A DNA stretch of 64,000 bases from Coleofasciculus chthonoplastes F2-STO-03. Its GTDB lineage: Bacteria > Cyanobacteriota > Cyanobacteriia > Cyanobacteriales > Coleofasciculaceae. The stretch is taken from contig JAVJWO010000195.1 of NCBI GenBank assembly GCA_040222015.1, positions 1 through 64,000 on the forward strand, written 5' to 3'. The position numbers and the translations under genes are program-made. The notes beneath the pieces are model-generated. The model was given only the letters and a program-made list of their open reading frames with translations, was not told where the DNA came from and made no database searches. Numbering within the stretch: the first letter of the stretch is position 1; every line of letters begins with the position of its first letter. Positions 18,334 to 28,268 of the stretch are shown in pieces.

Positions 18334-19029
18334 GTGGTGACTATGACATCGACAAAACTCTCTCCTCGATTAACGATTCCCCGCTTAGAAAACGGTGATA
18401 AACTCAACCGTATTGAATTTGAGCATCGCTATTCAGCTATGCCTGATCTGAAAAAAGCGGAATTAATTGAAGGAATCGTGTACATGGCATCTCCCCTCCG
18501 GATTACCCAACATGGCGAACCCCATGCTCATATTATGTTGTGGCTAGGCTTCTACACAAGTTTCACTCCTAATCTGCAATTGGGCGACAATTGTACAGTT
18601 AGGCTGGATCTCGATAACGAACCTCAACCGGATGCTATTCTGAGAATTAAAGTCGGTGGACAATCAACAATTAGCGACGATGATTATATCGAAGGTGCGC
18701 CTGAGTTGATCGTAGAAATTGCGGCTAGTAGTGTTTCCATTGATTTGCACCAAAAACTCAATGTGTATCGCCGTAATGGAGTACAAGAGTATTTAGTGTG
18801 GCGAGTTGAAAACGGTGAATTGGATTGGTTTCGGTTAAGGGAAGGAGACTATACTAAACTTAAACCTAATCGCGAAGGGATTCTGTGTTCAACTGTTTTT
18901 TCAGGATTGTGGCTAGATAGAGCCGCGTTATTAGCTGGAGATTTAGCCAAGGTTTTAGACGTATTGCAGCAGGGATTAGCCAGTCAAGATCATCAAGATT
19001 TTGTTCAAGACTTGGCATCACGTCAGTAG
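18334..19029 (+). CDS. Uma2 family (DUF820) PD-(D/E)XK endonuclease-like protein
   Basis: LENGD.L...EF, AELIEGIV, EPQPD, GAPELIVEIAASS, NGVQEYLVW. Confidence 0.92.
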   Translation: MVTMTSTKLSPRLTIPRLENGDKLNRIEFEHRYSAMPDLKKAELIEGIVYMASPLRITQHGEPHAHIMLWLGFYTSFTPNLQLGDNCTVRLDLDNEPQPDAILRIKVGGQSTISDDDYIEGAPELIVEIAASSVSIDLHQKLNVYRRNGVQEYLVWRVENGELDWFRLREGDYTKLKPNREGILCSTVFSGLWLDRAALLAGDLAKVLDVLQQGLASQDHQDFVQDLASRQ

Positions 19030-19084
19030 GTGTTAGGCGCTAGGTTTTAGGTGTTAGGTTTTATAAAGTAGAAACGCGATCGCA

Positions 19085-19756
19085 ATGGATTATCCCGATA
19101 TTGATCTTGCTCCTCTCATTGATCATGCCCTCCTCTCGCCCACGGCGACACCCGAACAGGTGGAAAAATGGTGTCGTGAAGCTGATCGATTTCAGTTTGC
19201 CACAGTCTGTGTCTATCCGGTGTACGTCAAACTCGCGGCTGAACTCTTACACAACAAAACGCCCAAGGTTTGTACCGTGATTGGCTTTCCCAGTGGCGCT
19301 ACCACAACTGCGGCTAAACTCTACGAAGCCCAAGAAGCAGTAGAAAATGGCGCGACGGAATTGGATGTCGTGCTTCATTTAGGGGCATTAAAAACCGGGA
19401 ACACCGACGCTATCTATCGCGAAATTGCCCCAATCTGCGAGGAAACTGGGCAAACCGTCAAAGTTATCTTAGAAACAACGCTTTTAACTGACACTGAAAA
19501 ACAACTCGCCGCCGAAATCTGCATTGATGCTGGGGCGCAATATCTCAAAACCAGTACAGGTTGGCATGGAGGTGCAACGGTGTCGGATGTCAAATTTTTG
19601 AAAGACTTAACAAAAGGACAAATCGGGATTAAGGCTTCAGGAGGTATCCGCACCATCGAACAAGCGTTAGATTTAGTCATAGCCGGAGCAACCCGATTAG
19701 GAACCTCTCGTGGACCAGAGTTGTTGCAACAGCGTGAGGAAAAAGACGAAGAATGA
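19085..19756 (+). CDS. deoC: Deoxyribose-phosphate aldolase
   Basis: [49 protein letters not shown]. Confidence 0.95.
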   Translation: MDYPDIDLAPLIDHALLSPTATPEQVEKWCREADRFQFATVCVYPVYVKLAAELLHNKTPKVCTVIGFPSGATTTAAKLYEAQEAVENGATELDVVLHLGALKTGNTDAIYREIAPICEETGQTVKVILETTLLTDTEKQLAAEICIDAGAQYLKTSTGWHGGATVSDVKFLKDLTKGQIGIKASGGIRTIEQALDLVIAGATRLGTSRGPELLQQREEKDEE

Positions 19757-19786
19757 AGTGTTTCAGACGTGATGCCGGAAGCGTCT

Positions 19787-19999
19787 GTAGGGGCGGGTTT
19801 AGGGATTAATATTGATTGTTGTTACCAACGTTTCTACAAAACCCGCCCTGACCGATGTGTAGGAATAGGCTTGACGACTAACATTTTTTGTCACCCGGAT
19901 GTGACTAAACTCACCCTGACAAATGACAAATGACAAATGACAAATGACAAATGACAAATGACGAATGACAAATGACAAATGACGAATGACAAATGACAA
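19787..19999. repeat. GTAG REP followed by STRR tract (TGACAAA)n whose last unit overlaps the recO start codon
   Basis: REP ~19787-19850; heptamers ~19918-19999; similar composite at 42946-43110. Confidence 0.85.
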
Positions 20000-20862
20000 A
20001 AACCTATAACGCCACTGGAATTAACCTGAAAAGTATGCCGCTAGGTGAAGCGGATCGCTTAGTCACAATTTTAACGCCAGAGTGGGGATTGATTCGCGTA
20101 GTGGCACCGGGTTCCCGCAAACAGAACTCAAAATTGGCAGGTAGAATGGGCTTGTTTGTGGTGAATCAGTTACTGATTTACAAAGGGCGATCGCTGGATA
20201 AAATTACTCAAGCTGAAACCTTGGAATCCTATCCAGGATTGGCGAAGGATTTAGGCAAGCTGGCAGCCAGTCAGTACCTGGCAGAATTAGTATTGTGTCA
20301 TGCCTTAAGTGAACAACCCCAAGCTGAACTGTACGCCTTGTTCAATGAGCATCTGCGGCGATTGGAACAGTTACCCCAATTAAGCAGCAGTCCCTCCGGT
20401 GCCTCCCTAATTTTGGCACACCTTTGCCAGGGTATTTTTCACTTATTGGCGTTAGCTGGGATTGCGCCGCAAGTGCAACAGTGTTGTATCTCTCAGCATC
20501 CGATTCAGCCTGATTTTGCGGCTCAGAATTGGCAAGTCGGGTTTAGTGTGGAGGCGGGTGGCACCTATAATTTGGCAGTAGAGGCGTCTCAACCGGAGAA
20601 CCGGTTCCATCCCGTTGCTAGCCGTAGTCAGGGAGTTAATCAATCCCCTTTACCCCGGTTAACCTGTAAACTGAATGCCGTTGAATTAGCGATTGTACAA
20701 CAGCTAGCGGCGGCTGAGTTATCCCAGGCATCCCTAGACGCGATCGCTCCCCTCTGGGTTAAAGTTGAGCGGATGTTACGGGATTATGCCCAGTATCACT
20801 TTGGTCGTTCCATTCGTTCAGCCGCGTTAGTAGACGCTTTGGCAATGTCAACGGAACAATAA
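19993..20862 (+). CDS. recO: DNA repair protein RecO
   Basis: [54 protein letters not shown]; conserved position after deoC. Confidence 0.92.
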   Translation: MTKTYNATGINLKSMPLGEADRLVTILTPEWGLIRVVAPGSRKQNSKLAGRMGLFVVNQLLIYKGRSLDKITQAETLESYPGLAKDLGKLAASQYLAELVLCHALSEQPQAELYALFNEHLRRLEQLPQLSSSPSGASLILAHLCQGIFHLLALAGIAPQVQQCCISQHPIQPDFAAQNWQVGFSVEAGGTYNLAVEASQPENRFHPVASRSQGVNQSPLPRLTCKLNAVELAIVQQLAAAELSQASLDAIAPLWVKVERMLRDYAQYHFGRSIRSAALVDALAMSTEQ

Positions 20863-21033
20863 GCTGTCATGCATTTAAATTGGGTATTAGTAGCGAGCTT
20901 TTAGTAGCGAGCAAGATGCTCAGTAGCGAGCAAGATGCTCGGTAGCGAGCAAGATGCTCGGTAGCGAGCAAGATGCTCGCACTACGTACAAGATTTTGCC
21001 ATTATTGACATTAGTTTAATCGGACACTGCTTA
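20860..21033. mobile_element. TA-flanked MITE-like element (TAAGCTGT...GCTTA) with internal 19-bp tandem amplification GTAGCGAGCAAGATGCTC(A/G)
   Basis: Reverse-complement homologue at 58125-58448; left end overlaps the recO stop codon. Confidence 0.7.
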
Positions 21034-21184
21034 TCTATCTTTAGAAAAGGGCGAGTCGATACAGCTTAATTCTCACACCGCCAGATTTGTGCAGCGACTC
21101 GCCCCTACAACCGCGATAATCCCGAAAATCCGGAAAATAATATAATTTGTGGTCTAATTTAGCATGCATCCACAAACGAACATG

Positions 21185-21268
21185 GACGGTTTTTACGGCG
21201 AAAGTAGTCCTCCACGAAGGCAGAAGCCCACATTACACCTAATTAGAGATTAGCGCTGGGTAGTTTAC
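21185..21268 (+). mobile_element. Possible degenerate IS200/IS605 (tnpB) right-end remnant
   Basis: GAAGCCCAC...TGGGTAGTTTAC resembles cyanobacterial IS605 right ends (GAAGCCCAC..GTGGGTAGTTCAC). Confidence 0.4.
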
Positions 21269-21377
21269 ATGCAATGATAGAGAAAGTGTAGTTTTATAAA
21301 AAACTGATCAAAATACCTTAAGTGGACGATTTACCCATTGGGGTTGATCAGCCACAGCAGCCAACTTACGAGAACGA

Positions 21378-22841
21378 ATGCGATTATCTGAATCTGAATC
21401 CAAACGAGTTAACCAAAATCCTGTCCAAAAAAAGTCATCGTCTGCGACTAAGCGCAATTATCGAGAACCTCACCAGCCGCCGCGTCAAGCAGAGAACATC
21501 CCGGCGAAAACGGATGAACCTACTGCTGAACCAGGCAAACAAGGGTTTGTACCCGTTCTGAAAAATGGTAATTTCTTAACCTTGTGGAGTGGTCAGGTTT
21601 TTTCTCAGCTTGCCGATAAAATTTATTTGGTGTTGATGATTGCCTTGATTGCTAGCCACTTTCAGGCGGAGGGAACCAGTATCAGTGGTTGGGTTTCAGC
21701 CTTGATGATTGCGTTCACAATTCCGGCTGTCCTGTTTGGTTCTCTGGCGGGAGTATTCGTGGATCGCTGGTCAAAAAAGGCGGTACTCGTCTCTACCAAT
21801 CTGCTGCGAGGTGTCTTGGTTTGGTCAGTTCCGGCGGTGTTATGGCTGACTCAGGATTGGAGTCCCATCTATAAGTTGCCCGTCGGCTTCTATGGCTTGT
21901 TAATTATCACATTCTTGGTTTCCACCTTAACCCAATTTTTTGCCCCGGCTGAACAAGCGGTTATTCCGTTGATTGTCAAGCGTCGTCATTTACTCTCGGC
22001 GAATTCCCTTTATACCACGACGATGATGGCATCCTTGATTATTGGATTTGCCGTGGGTGATCCGTTATTAGCGTTGACTGATAAATTGGTGGCGCAGTTG
22101 GGGATTGATTGGCAATTTGGCAAGGAATTTGTCGTTGGTGGCGGGTATGCGATCGCGGGATTGGTGTTACTAGTGCTGAAAACGGGTGAAAATACTGAAC
22201 CCACCGAAGGTGAAACCCCCCACGTTTTTGCTGATATCTGGGAGGGATTGCTTTATCTCAAACGCCAACGGCGCGTCCGCAATGCCATGATTCAATTAGT
22301 GATTTTATTCTCCATTTTCGCCGCCTTAGCCGTGTTAGCGGTACGACTCGCCGAAACCCTTCCAGGGATGAAAGCCTCACAATTTGGCTTCTTGTTGGCA
22401 ATGGGAGGAATTGGAATGGCGGCTGGTGCGGCGATTCTGGGACATTGGGGTCAGCATTTTACCCACAATCGCTTGAGTCTCTATGGATCAATCGGTATGT
22501 CAGTGGCGCTAGTGGGGTTATCGGTATTTACTCATAGTCTCTGGATGGCGTTAGCAATGACCGCCCTGTTGGGGATGTGTGGGGCGATGGTGGGGATTCC
22601 CATGCAAACCACGATTCAAGCCGAAACCCCGGAAGAGATGCGCGGGAAGGTCTTTGGACTGCAAAATAATGGGGTAAATATTGCCCTGAGTCTGCCCTTA
22701 GCCTTAGCGGGTTTAGCCGAAACCTGGCTCGGTTTAGCCCCGGTCTTATTTAGTTTAGCCATAATTGCGATCGCGGGAGGGTGCTTAAACTGGTATATTT
22801 CCGGTACAGGATCAGCGATGTTAACCCACGCTGACAAATAG
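21378..22841 (+). CDS. MFS transporter
   Basis: 12-TM pattern; LWSGQVFSQLAD, AGVFVDRW, FFAPAEQA, MRGKVFG. Confidence 0.92.
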   Translation: MRLSESESKRVNQNPVQKKSSSATKRNYREPHQPPRQAENIPAKTDEPTAEPGKQGFVPVLKNGNFLTLWSGQVFSQLADKIYLVLMIALIASHFQAEGTSISGWVSALMIAFTIPAVLFGSLAGVFVDRWSKKAVLVSTNLLRGVLVWSVPAVLWLTQDWSPIYKLPVGFYGLLIITFLVSTLTQFFAPAEQAVIPLIVKRRHLLSANSLYTTTMMASLIIGFAVGDPLLALTDKLVAQLGIDWQFGKEFVVGGGYAIAGLVLLVLKTGENTEPTEGETPHVFADIWEGLLYLKRQRRVRNAMIQLVILFSIFAALAVLAVRLAETLPGMKASQFGFLLAMGGIGMAAGAAILGHWGQHFTHNRLSLYGSIGMSVALVGLSVFTHSLWMALAMTALLGMCGAMVGIPMQTTIQAETPEEMRGKVFGLQNNGVNIALSLPLALAGLAETWLGLAPVLFSLAIIAIAGGCLNWYISGTGSAMLTHADK

Positions 22842-22861
22842 AGACTCACGATTCAACTTGA

Positions 22862-24025
22862 ATGCATATCGCCTGGATCGGAAAAAAATCACCCTTTTGT
22901 GGGAATGTCACTTACGGTCGAGAAGTTACTAACGCTTTACTCGACCGGGGATACCAAGTTAGTTTTCTCCATTTTACCCAAGAGGAAACCGTCGCAGATC
23001 CCCTGTGTTCGGGTTGTCAGGAGGTATCCCTCCCTTGCTTGTACAAGTCCCAAGTTTATACGATTCCCTCCCCCAAAGCGAGTAAGGTTTTAAAACAGGC
23101 TCTACAGAAACTGCGCCCGGATTTAGTCCATGCGTCTCTCACGTTGTCTCCCTTAGATTTTCTGCTTCCAGAAATCTGTGAAGACCTGAATTTACCCCTG
23201 GTTGCCACATTTCATCCCCCCTTTGATGGCAAACGCCGCAATTTTAAATCGGGAACCCAATTGGTTGCTTATCAACTCTATGCGCCGTTTTTGGCACATT
23301 ATGATCGGGTAATTATCTTTTCTCAACTGCAACGGGATTTTCTGGTGCGTTTGGGAGTTCCTCGTCATAAACTCGCCGTAATTCCCAATGGAGTTGATGT
23401 GCTCAAATATGCTCCTGGCACATCGAATTTGAAAGTCAGATTTGATGCCCAACGCCTATTTGTTTATCAAGGTCGCATTGCCACAGAAAAAAATGTCGAG
23501 GCGTTACTCAAGGCGTGGAAACAGTCGGAAATGGGCGATGGCTGTAAGCTTTTGATTGTCGGCAATGGACCTCTGGTTTCCACGTTAAGACCTTTTTATG
23601 ATAGATACGATGGGATTCTCTGGTTAGGCTTTATCGCCAATGAACAGCAGCGGATTGAGATTCTGCAAGCCGCAGATGTATTTATTTTGCCCTCGTTATT
23701 AGAAGGACTCTCCTTATCATTACTCGAAGCCATGGCTTGTGGTTTGGCTTGTGTCGCCACCGATGCGGGGGCGGATGGTGAGGTTTTAGAAGGGGGCGCG
23801 GGTATTATTCTGAATACCCATCGGGTCACGTCTCAATTGAATACCCTTTTGCCCTTGTTACGAGATCATACGGAATGGACAATGCTTCTGGGTCAAAAAG
23901 CTAGAGCTAGAGTTTTAGAACGTTACACCCTGAGTGGGAATATTAGTCAATTAGAAATTTTATATAAAGAGGTACTAAAAGGGACTCAGACTTACGTTCC
24001 TCATCCTAGTCCCTCGTCCTTATAA
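22862..24025 (+). CDS. dgdA: GT4 glycosyltransferase, probably digalactosyldiacylglycerol synthase (DgdA/Ycf82)
   Basis: MHIAWIGKKSPFCGNVTYGREVT N-terminus, IPNGVD, EGLSLSLLEAMACG; position in the deoC-recO-MFS cluster (ortholog assignment from recall). Confidence 0.75.
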   Translation: MHIAWIGKKSPFCGNVTYGREVTNALLDRGYQVSFLHFTQEETVADPLCSGCQEVSLPCLYKSQVYTIPSPKASKVLKQALQKLRPDLVHASLTLSPLDFLLPEICEDLNLPLVATFHPPFDGKRRNFKSGTQLVAYQLYAPFLAHYDRVIIFSQLQRDFLVRLGVPRHKLAVIPNGVDVLKYAPGTSNLKVRFDAQRLFVYQGRIATEKNVEALLKAWKQSEMGDGCKLLIVGNGPLVSTLRPFYDRYDGILWLGFIANEQQRIEILQAADVFILPSLLEGLSLSLLEAMACGLACVATDAGADGEVLEGGAGIILNTHRVTSQLNTLLPLLRDHTEWTMLLGQKARARVLERYTLSGNISQLEILYKEVLKGTQTYVPHPSPSSL

Positions 24026-24290
24026 GCAATGCCAATTCGGGAGAGTGGGAGAGCAGGGGGAGCTGGGGGAGCAATGTAGAGACGTGCCATGGCACGTCTG
24101 GGATCTGAGGGAGCAGGTTGTAGGTTGGGTTTCGACTTCGCTCAACCCAACAGAATCTAGGGCTAAAGCCCTTACTACAAGCGGTCAAGATTGCGCTACA
24201 ATGTAACGTAGTGTTAAGTAAAGTAACCAAATACTTATCAAATTAGTCTTTACAACATCAGTACCCTCGATCCGTCCAAGAGGAATAACA

Positions 24291-25790
24291 GTGACTCAGA
24301 CAGCACCAAATCCCAAGAAAAGCCAGTTGAATAGTTCTCCAACCGTTAAGCCTGCCGAAATCAAACAGGATGTCGATGTGGTTTTCTATCTCCCCGAAGC
24401 AGAACCCGACACATTTAAACAGGATGCAGGTTCCTCTTCCCTACCCGGAACCGAAAACGCCAAAAAAGGCTGGCTATCTGGAGGAAAAGGGCTGTTTTTA
24501 GGCATCGGTATTGGTGTCCTCTTAGCGTTAGGGGCGACGCGCTTCGTCTCGTCTCAACAAGCAGATGCCCCAACCGCAGCCCCCCCTGTCGCCACATCAT
24601 CTGCCCCTAGTCAAAGCGTAACTGTAGCCCAAGTGACATCTGAGAGTGTCAACCGCAGTTTAGATGCCACCGGAAGCTCGGCGGCGTTTGAGATGAATCC
24701 AGTCATGTCTCAGGCGACAGGCTTACAGATTCAACAGGTGTTGGTGGAAGAAGGGCAGGTTGTCAAAGCTGGACAATTATTAGCCCGTCTCGATAACTCG
24801 GTACTCCAGGCACAATTAAATCAAGCCCAAGCCTCCGTCGCCCAAGCAGAAGCCCGCCTCGCGGAACTTCGGGCAGGTTCCCGTAGCGAAGAAATTGCCC
24901 GGGCTAAAGAAGTGGTGAGCAGCGCTGAATCTGCTGTTGCAGCCGCCGAGTCAGACTTAGAATTAGCTAGAACCCGGGTCGATCGCAATAAAAAGCTGCA
25001 AGCTGAAGGTGCTATTGCCCGCGATCGCTTAGATGAAGTCTACAATCAAGAACGCAGTAGCCGTTCCCAACTTGAACAGGCACAAGCCCGGTTACGAGAA
25101 GCCAAGCAGCAACTTGCCCAACTCCAAGCTGGACCCCGACGGGAAGTGATTACCCAAGCCGAAGCCCAACTCGCCCAGGCACAGGCACAGGTGCAATCGA
25201 CGATCGCACAACTCAACAACACCCGCATCCTGGCTCCGGTGAGTGGTAAAATAGCCGAACGCAATGCCCGTGTGGGAAATGTCACCTCTGGTTCCCAAAC
25301 TCTCTTCAAAATCATTGAAAATGGACGTTTAGAACTGATTGCTAACGTTCCTGAAACCCAACTTCCCCAAATTCAACCCGGACAATCGGTAACGATTACC
25401 TCCGACGCAGATAGTAGTTTACAACTGTCGGGTAAAGTTCGGGAAATTGACCCGATGATTGATGAAGCCTCCCGTCAGGCGCAGGTGAAGATTGATTTAC
25501 CCGCCTCAGCCACCTTAAAACCGGGAATGTTTTTACGGGCGTCGATTACCACCTCAGCTGCCCAAGGGTTAACCCTACCCGCCAAAGCTATTTTGCCCCA
25601 AAGTGACGGTAGTGCGATCGCCTATATCGTGCAACCCGATAATACGGTTAAAGCCCAGCCTGTAGAGGTGGGTGAACTTCTGGGTGATAATCGGGTTGAA
25701 ATTAAAAGTGGGTTATCTGTAGGCGATCGCGTTGTGGTTAAGGGTGCGGCTTATTTAAAAGATGGCGATACCGTTGAGGTGGTTAACTGA
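24291..25790 (+). CDS. RND efflux periplasmic adaptor (membrane fusion protein)
   Basis: TM anchor; VEEGQVVKAGQLLARLD, long coiled coil, ILAPVSG, LKPGMF, GLSVGDRVV. Confidence 0.92.
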   Translation: MTQTAPNPKKSQLNSSPTVKPAEIKQDVDVVFYLPEAEPDTFKQDAGSSSLPGTENAKKGWLSGGKGLFLGIGIGVLLALGATRFVSSQQADAPTAAPPVATSSAPSQSVTVAQVTSESVNRSLDATGSSAAFEMNPVMSQATGLQIQQVLVEEGQVVKAGQLLARLDNSVLQAQLNQAQASVAQAEARLAELRAGSRSEEIARAKEVVSSAESAVAAAESDLELARTRVDRNKKLQAEGAIARDRLDEVYNQERSSRSQLEQAQARLREAKQQLAQLQAGPRREVITQAEAQLAQAQAQVQSTIAQLNNTRILAPVSGKIAERNARVGNVTSGSQTLFKIIENGRLELIANVPETQLPQIQPGQSVTITSDADSSLQLSGKVREIDPMIDEASRQAQVKIDLPASATLKPGMFLRASITTSAAQGLTLPAKAILPQSDGSAIAYIVQPDNTVKAQPVEVGELLGDNRVEIKSGLSVGDRVVVKGAAYLKDGDTVEVVN

Positions 25791-25841
25791 TTCGATAAAC
25801 AGGGGTTTGGCAACCAAACCCCTACCTGGTAATCAACACCC

Positions 25842-26603
25842 CTACGGAGAATGATCATCTGGATCGATCCCTGCTTCTCGCAGCAATTCTTCTAAGCGTT
25901 TAGCACGTTCTTCGGCAATTTCCTTAGCCTGACGTTCCTGTTCAAGTTGTGCGCTGAAAGTTGCCTTAGCCTGACGTTCCTGTTTAAGTTGTCGGGATAC
26001 TGTTTCCAGTTGTTGTTGTACCTCTACATAATCAATAAAGGGTTGACCATCAGGACGATATAGTAAAAGAGTGTCTGATGCAACCTCAAAGCGAATGCCC
26101 AAACGAGGAGAAACCCACCCATTCATCTGTTCGATTGTATCGAGCCAATTCTCATCTCGTAACCATCCGGTTAACCTATTTTTATTAGGATCGTAGAGAT
26201 AGTATTCTTCCACCCCATAGCGATGATAAAATAGTAACTTTCGGTTCATTTCTTTCTGGGTATTTCCCGGAGAAAGAATCTCAAACACGACTTGGGGCGC
26301 GATATTATTCTCCCGCCACTGCTGATAAGACCCTCTGTCTCCTTTTTCTACTCCAAACACGACCATTATATCTGGTGCTTGGCGTAATTTATTATTTCCT
26401 TCAACTGGATACCACAATAAGTCTCCGGCTACGAAAACATTAGGGGTGTTGGCATATAACCAGGCTAAATTATAGTAAATTACGGTAATCCAGCGAAATT
26501 GAATAGTATTATCTGCCATTGGTTGTCCATCACTGTCAGGATAAATGATTGAGGTATCGGTTTGGGGGGTCAGTTGTGTTACCATCGTTGCTTCCCAATT
26601 CAC
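25842..26603 (-). CDS. Uma2 family endonuclease-like protein with coiled-coil tail
   Basis: YPDSDGQPMADNT.QF, APDIMVVFG, PQVVFEILSP, GVEEYYLYDP, SPRLGIRF. Confidence 0.92.
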   Translation of the reverse strand: MNWEATMVTQLTPQTDTSIIYPDSDGQPMADNTIQFRWITVIYYNLAWLYANTPNVFVAGDLLWYPVEGNNKLRQAPDIMVVFGVEKGDRGSYQQWRENNIAPQVVFEILSPGNTQKEMNRKLLFYHRYGVEEYYLYDPNKNRLTGWLRDENWLDTIEQMNGWVSPRLGIRFEVASDTLLLYRPDGQPFIDYVEVQQQLETVSRQLKQERQAKATFSAQLEQERQAKEIAEERAKRLEELLREAGIDPDDHSP

Positions 26604-26737
26604 TATAATTATTTGAGTTTAGCGGCTTGTTTCTATTATAATGACGCATAAATAGAGATTCGATTCAGGCTCTTTTGTCCCAGAGTCAAGGCTGTCGGTG
26701 AGGGGCGCGATCGCTTTGCCTTAGCCTTCTTCCACAA

Positions 26738-26862
26738 TATAGCGGTACTAAGACAGGTTAGGACATTATTTACTGTTCCCTGTGACACACCGAGCGAAGT
26801 CGAGGTGTTCCCTGTTCCCTCTTGGACTAACCAATATCCTAATGTATCCCCGTAGTGCTATA
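26738..26862. mobile_element. TA-flanked IS630-type MITE (TATAGC...GTTAGGAC ... TCCTAA...GCTATA)
   Basis: Terminal inverted motifs with the same spacing as the element at 40793-40898. Confidence 0.6.
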
Positions 26863-27123
26863 AGTATGACGTTGAGCCTTACTCAAGCGAGAATTTGCCG
26901 AAAAGCAGAAGCCAGAATAGGGTCGCGATGGTGGAATCTGGGTTATACTTAACGTAGGAGAATTACGCTGTTCCTCTTGGAAATTTTATTGTCAATAATT
27001 TTGAAATCCTTGTCGTTCGATGAACTAACTCACCCATTATCCCCAGCTTAATGTCATCCTCCTCTTCTTATAAAGATTTATTTCCCATTTTTATTATGTT
27101 AAGCTTAAATACAACAACTCAGC

Positions 27124-28002
27124 ATGAGATTTATTAGTCCTAAAACTGACTTTGCGTTTAAGAAAATTTTTGGCTCAACACGCAGTCAAAAAATCCTCAT
27201 CAGCTTTCTGAACGCTATCGTTTATGAAGGCAAAAACACCATAAAATCATTGGAAATAATCGACCCATATAATCCGGGTAGTACCAGCACACTTAAAGAT
27301 ACTTATCTCGATGTTCGGGCAGTTTTAGATAATGGCTCTACAGTAATCATCGAAATGCAAGTCTTAAACGTTGAAGCCTTTGAAAAACGAGTAATTTACA
27401 ATATTGCCAAGGCTTATGCGAACCAGTTAGATATGGGAGAACAGTATACAAGATTACGACCATTTATTGCTTTAAGTATTGCTGATTTTTTGCTATTTAA
27501 AAATAGCTCACAACTGATTAATCGGTTTCGACTCAAGGAAGAAAAACAGCTATTTAACTATCGAGACGAGTTAACATTGATTTTTATAGAGTTGCCAAAA
27601 TTCAATAAAGAACTATCAGAATTAGAAACCCTTAGCGATAAATGGATTTATTTTCTCAAAGCTGCCCCCAGTTTAGAGAGGGTTCCCGAATCCCTAGGGG
27701 CAGTACCGGAAATAGAAGAAGCGTTAACTATTGCCAGTCGTGCTAATTTAAGTAATCAAGAATTAGAGGAGTTGCACAAGCAGGAAGTATTTATCGGCGA
27801 TAGGAAGGGTGAGATTAATCTTGCCAAGATTGAGCAGAATTTAAAATTAATTTCACTTGTCCTAGAACAAAATTTTGGAGCAATTAATCCAGTAATCATG
27901 AATAAAATAGAACAATTATCTTTGCCCGAGTTAGACCGTTTAATTGAGGAAGTTTTAAGTTTTACAAGCTGGGAAGATGTGGAAGAGTGGTTAGCTGATT
28001 AA
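27124..28002 (+). CDS. Rpn family recombination-promoting nuclease / PD-(D/E)XK putative transposase with DUF4351-like tail
   Basis: FISPKTDFAFKKIFG, LDVRA, IIEMQV, FIELPKF, DKWIYFLK; tail IEQLSLPEL..L....LSF.....VEEWL. Confidence 0.9.
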   Translation: MRFISPKTDFAFKKIFGSTRSQKILISFLNAIVYEGKNTIKSLEIIDPYNPGSTSTLKDTYLDVRAVLDNGSTVIIEMQVLNVEAFEKRVIYNIAKAYANQLDMGEQYTRLRPFIALSIADFLLFKNSSQLINRFRLKEEKQLFNYRDELTLIFIELPKFNKELSELETLSDKWIYFLKAAPSLERVPESLGAVPEIEEALTIASRANLSNQELEELHKQEVFIGDRKGEINLAKIEQNLKLISLVLEQNFGAINPVIMNKIEQLSLPELDRLIEEVLSFTSWEDVEEWLAD

Positions 28003-28268
28003 TATCGGTGTTTATAATTAGGACTTGAAGATTGTATAGACGTTTAACCGCAACGTCTAGGAAATAGGAAAAACTTCACATAAACAAACTGATATCTGTA
28101 AAAGCTATGAAGATATAAGCAATCAAAATAAAACTGATTCAGTGAATTTTATTAGTTCAATATGTTCAGATTTTAAATGAAATTCAGACTATACCGCTTA
28201 TTCAGCAAAATCTAATTACACTCACCCTAAACTTGATGGCGCTCGCATAGCAACTACAAACGAAATTT

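Noticed and set aside
20903..20985. Mini-CRISPR
   Set aside because: The 19-bp units are head-to-tail with no spacers and lie inside a MITE
19085..24025. deoC-recO-MFS-glycosyltransferase as a novel system
   Set aside because: Recalled as a widely conserved cyanobacterial gene order
25915..25995. 42-bp duplication in the Uma2 tail, and an 18-bp duplication at ~40226-40262 in tpsB
   Set aside because: Ordinary in-frame slippage in coiled-coil or disordered regions
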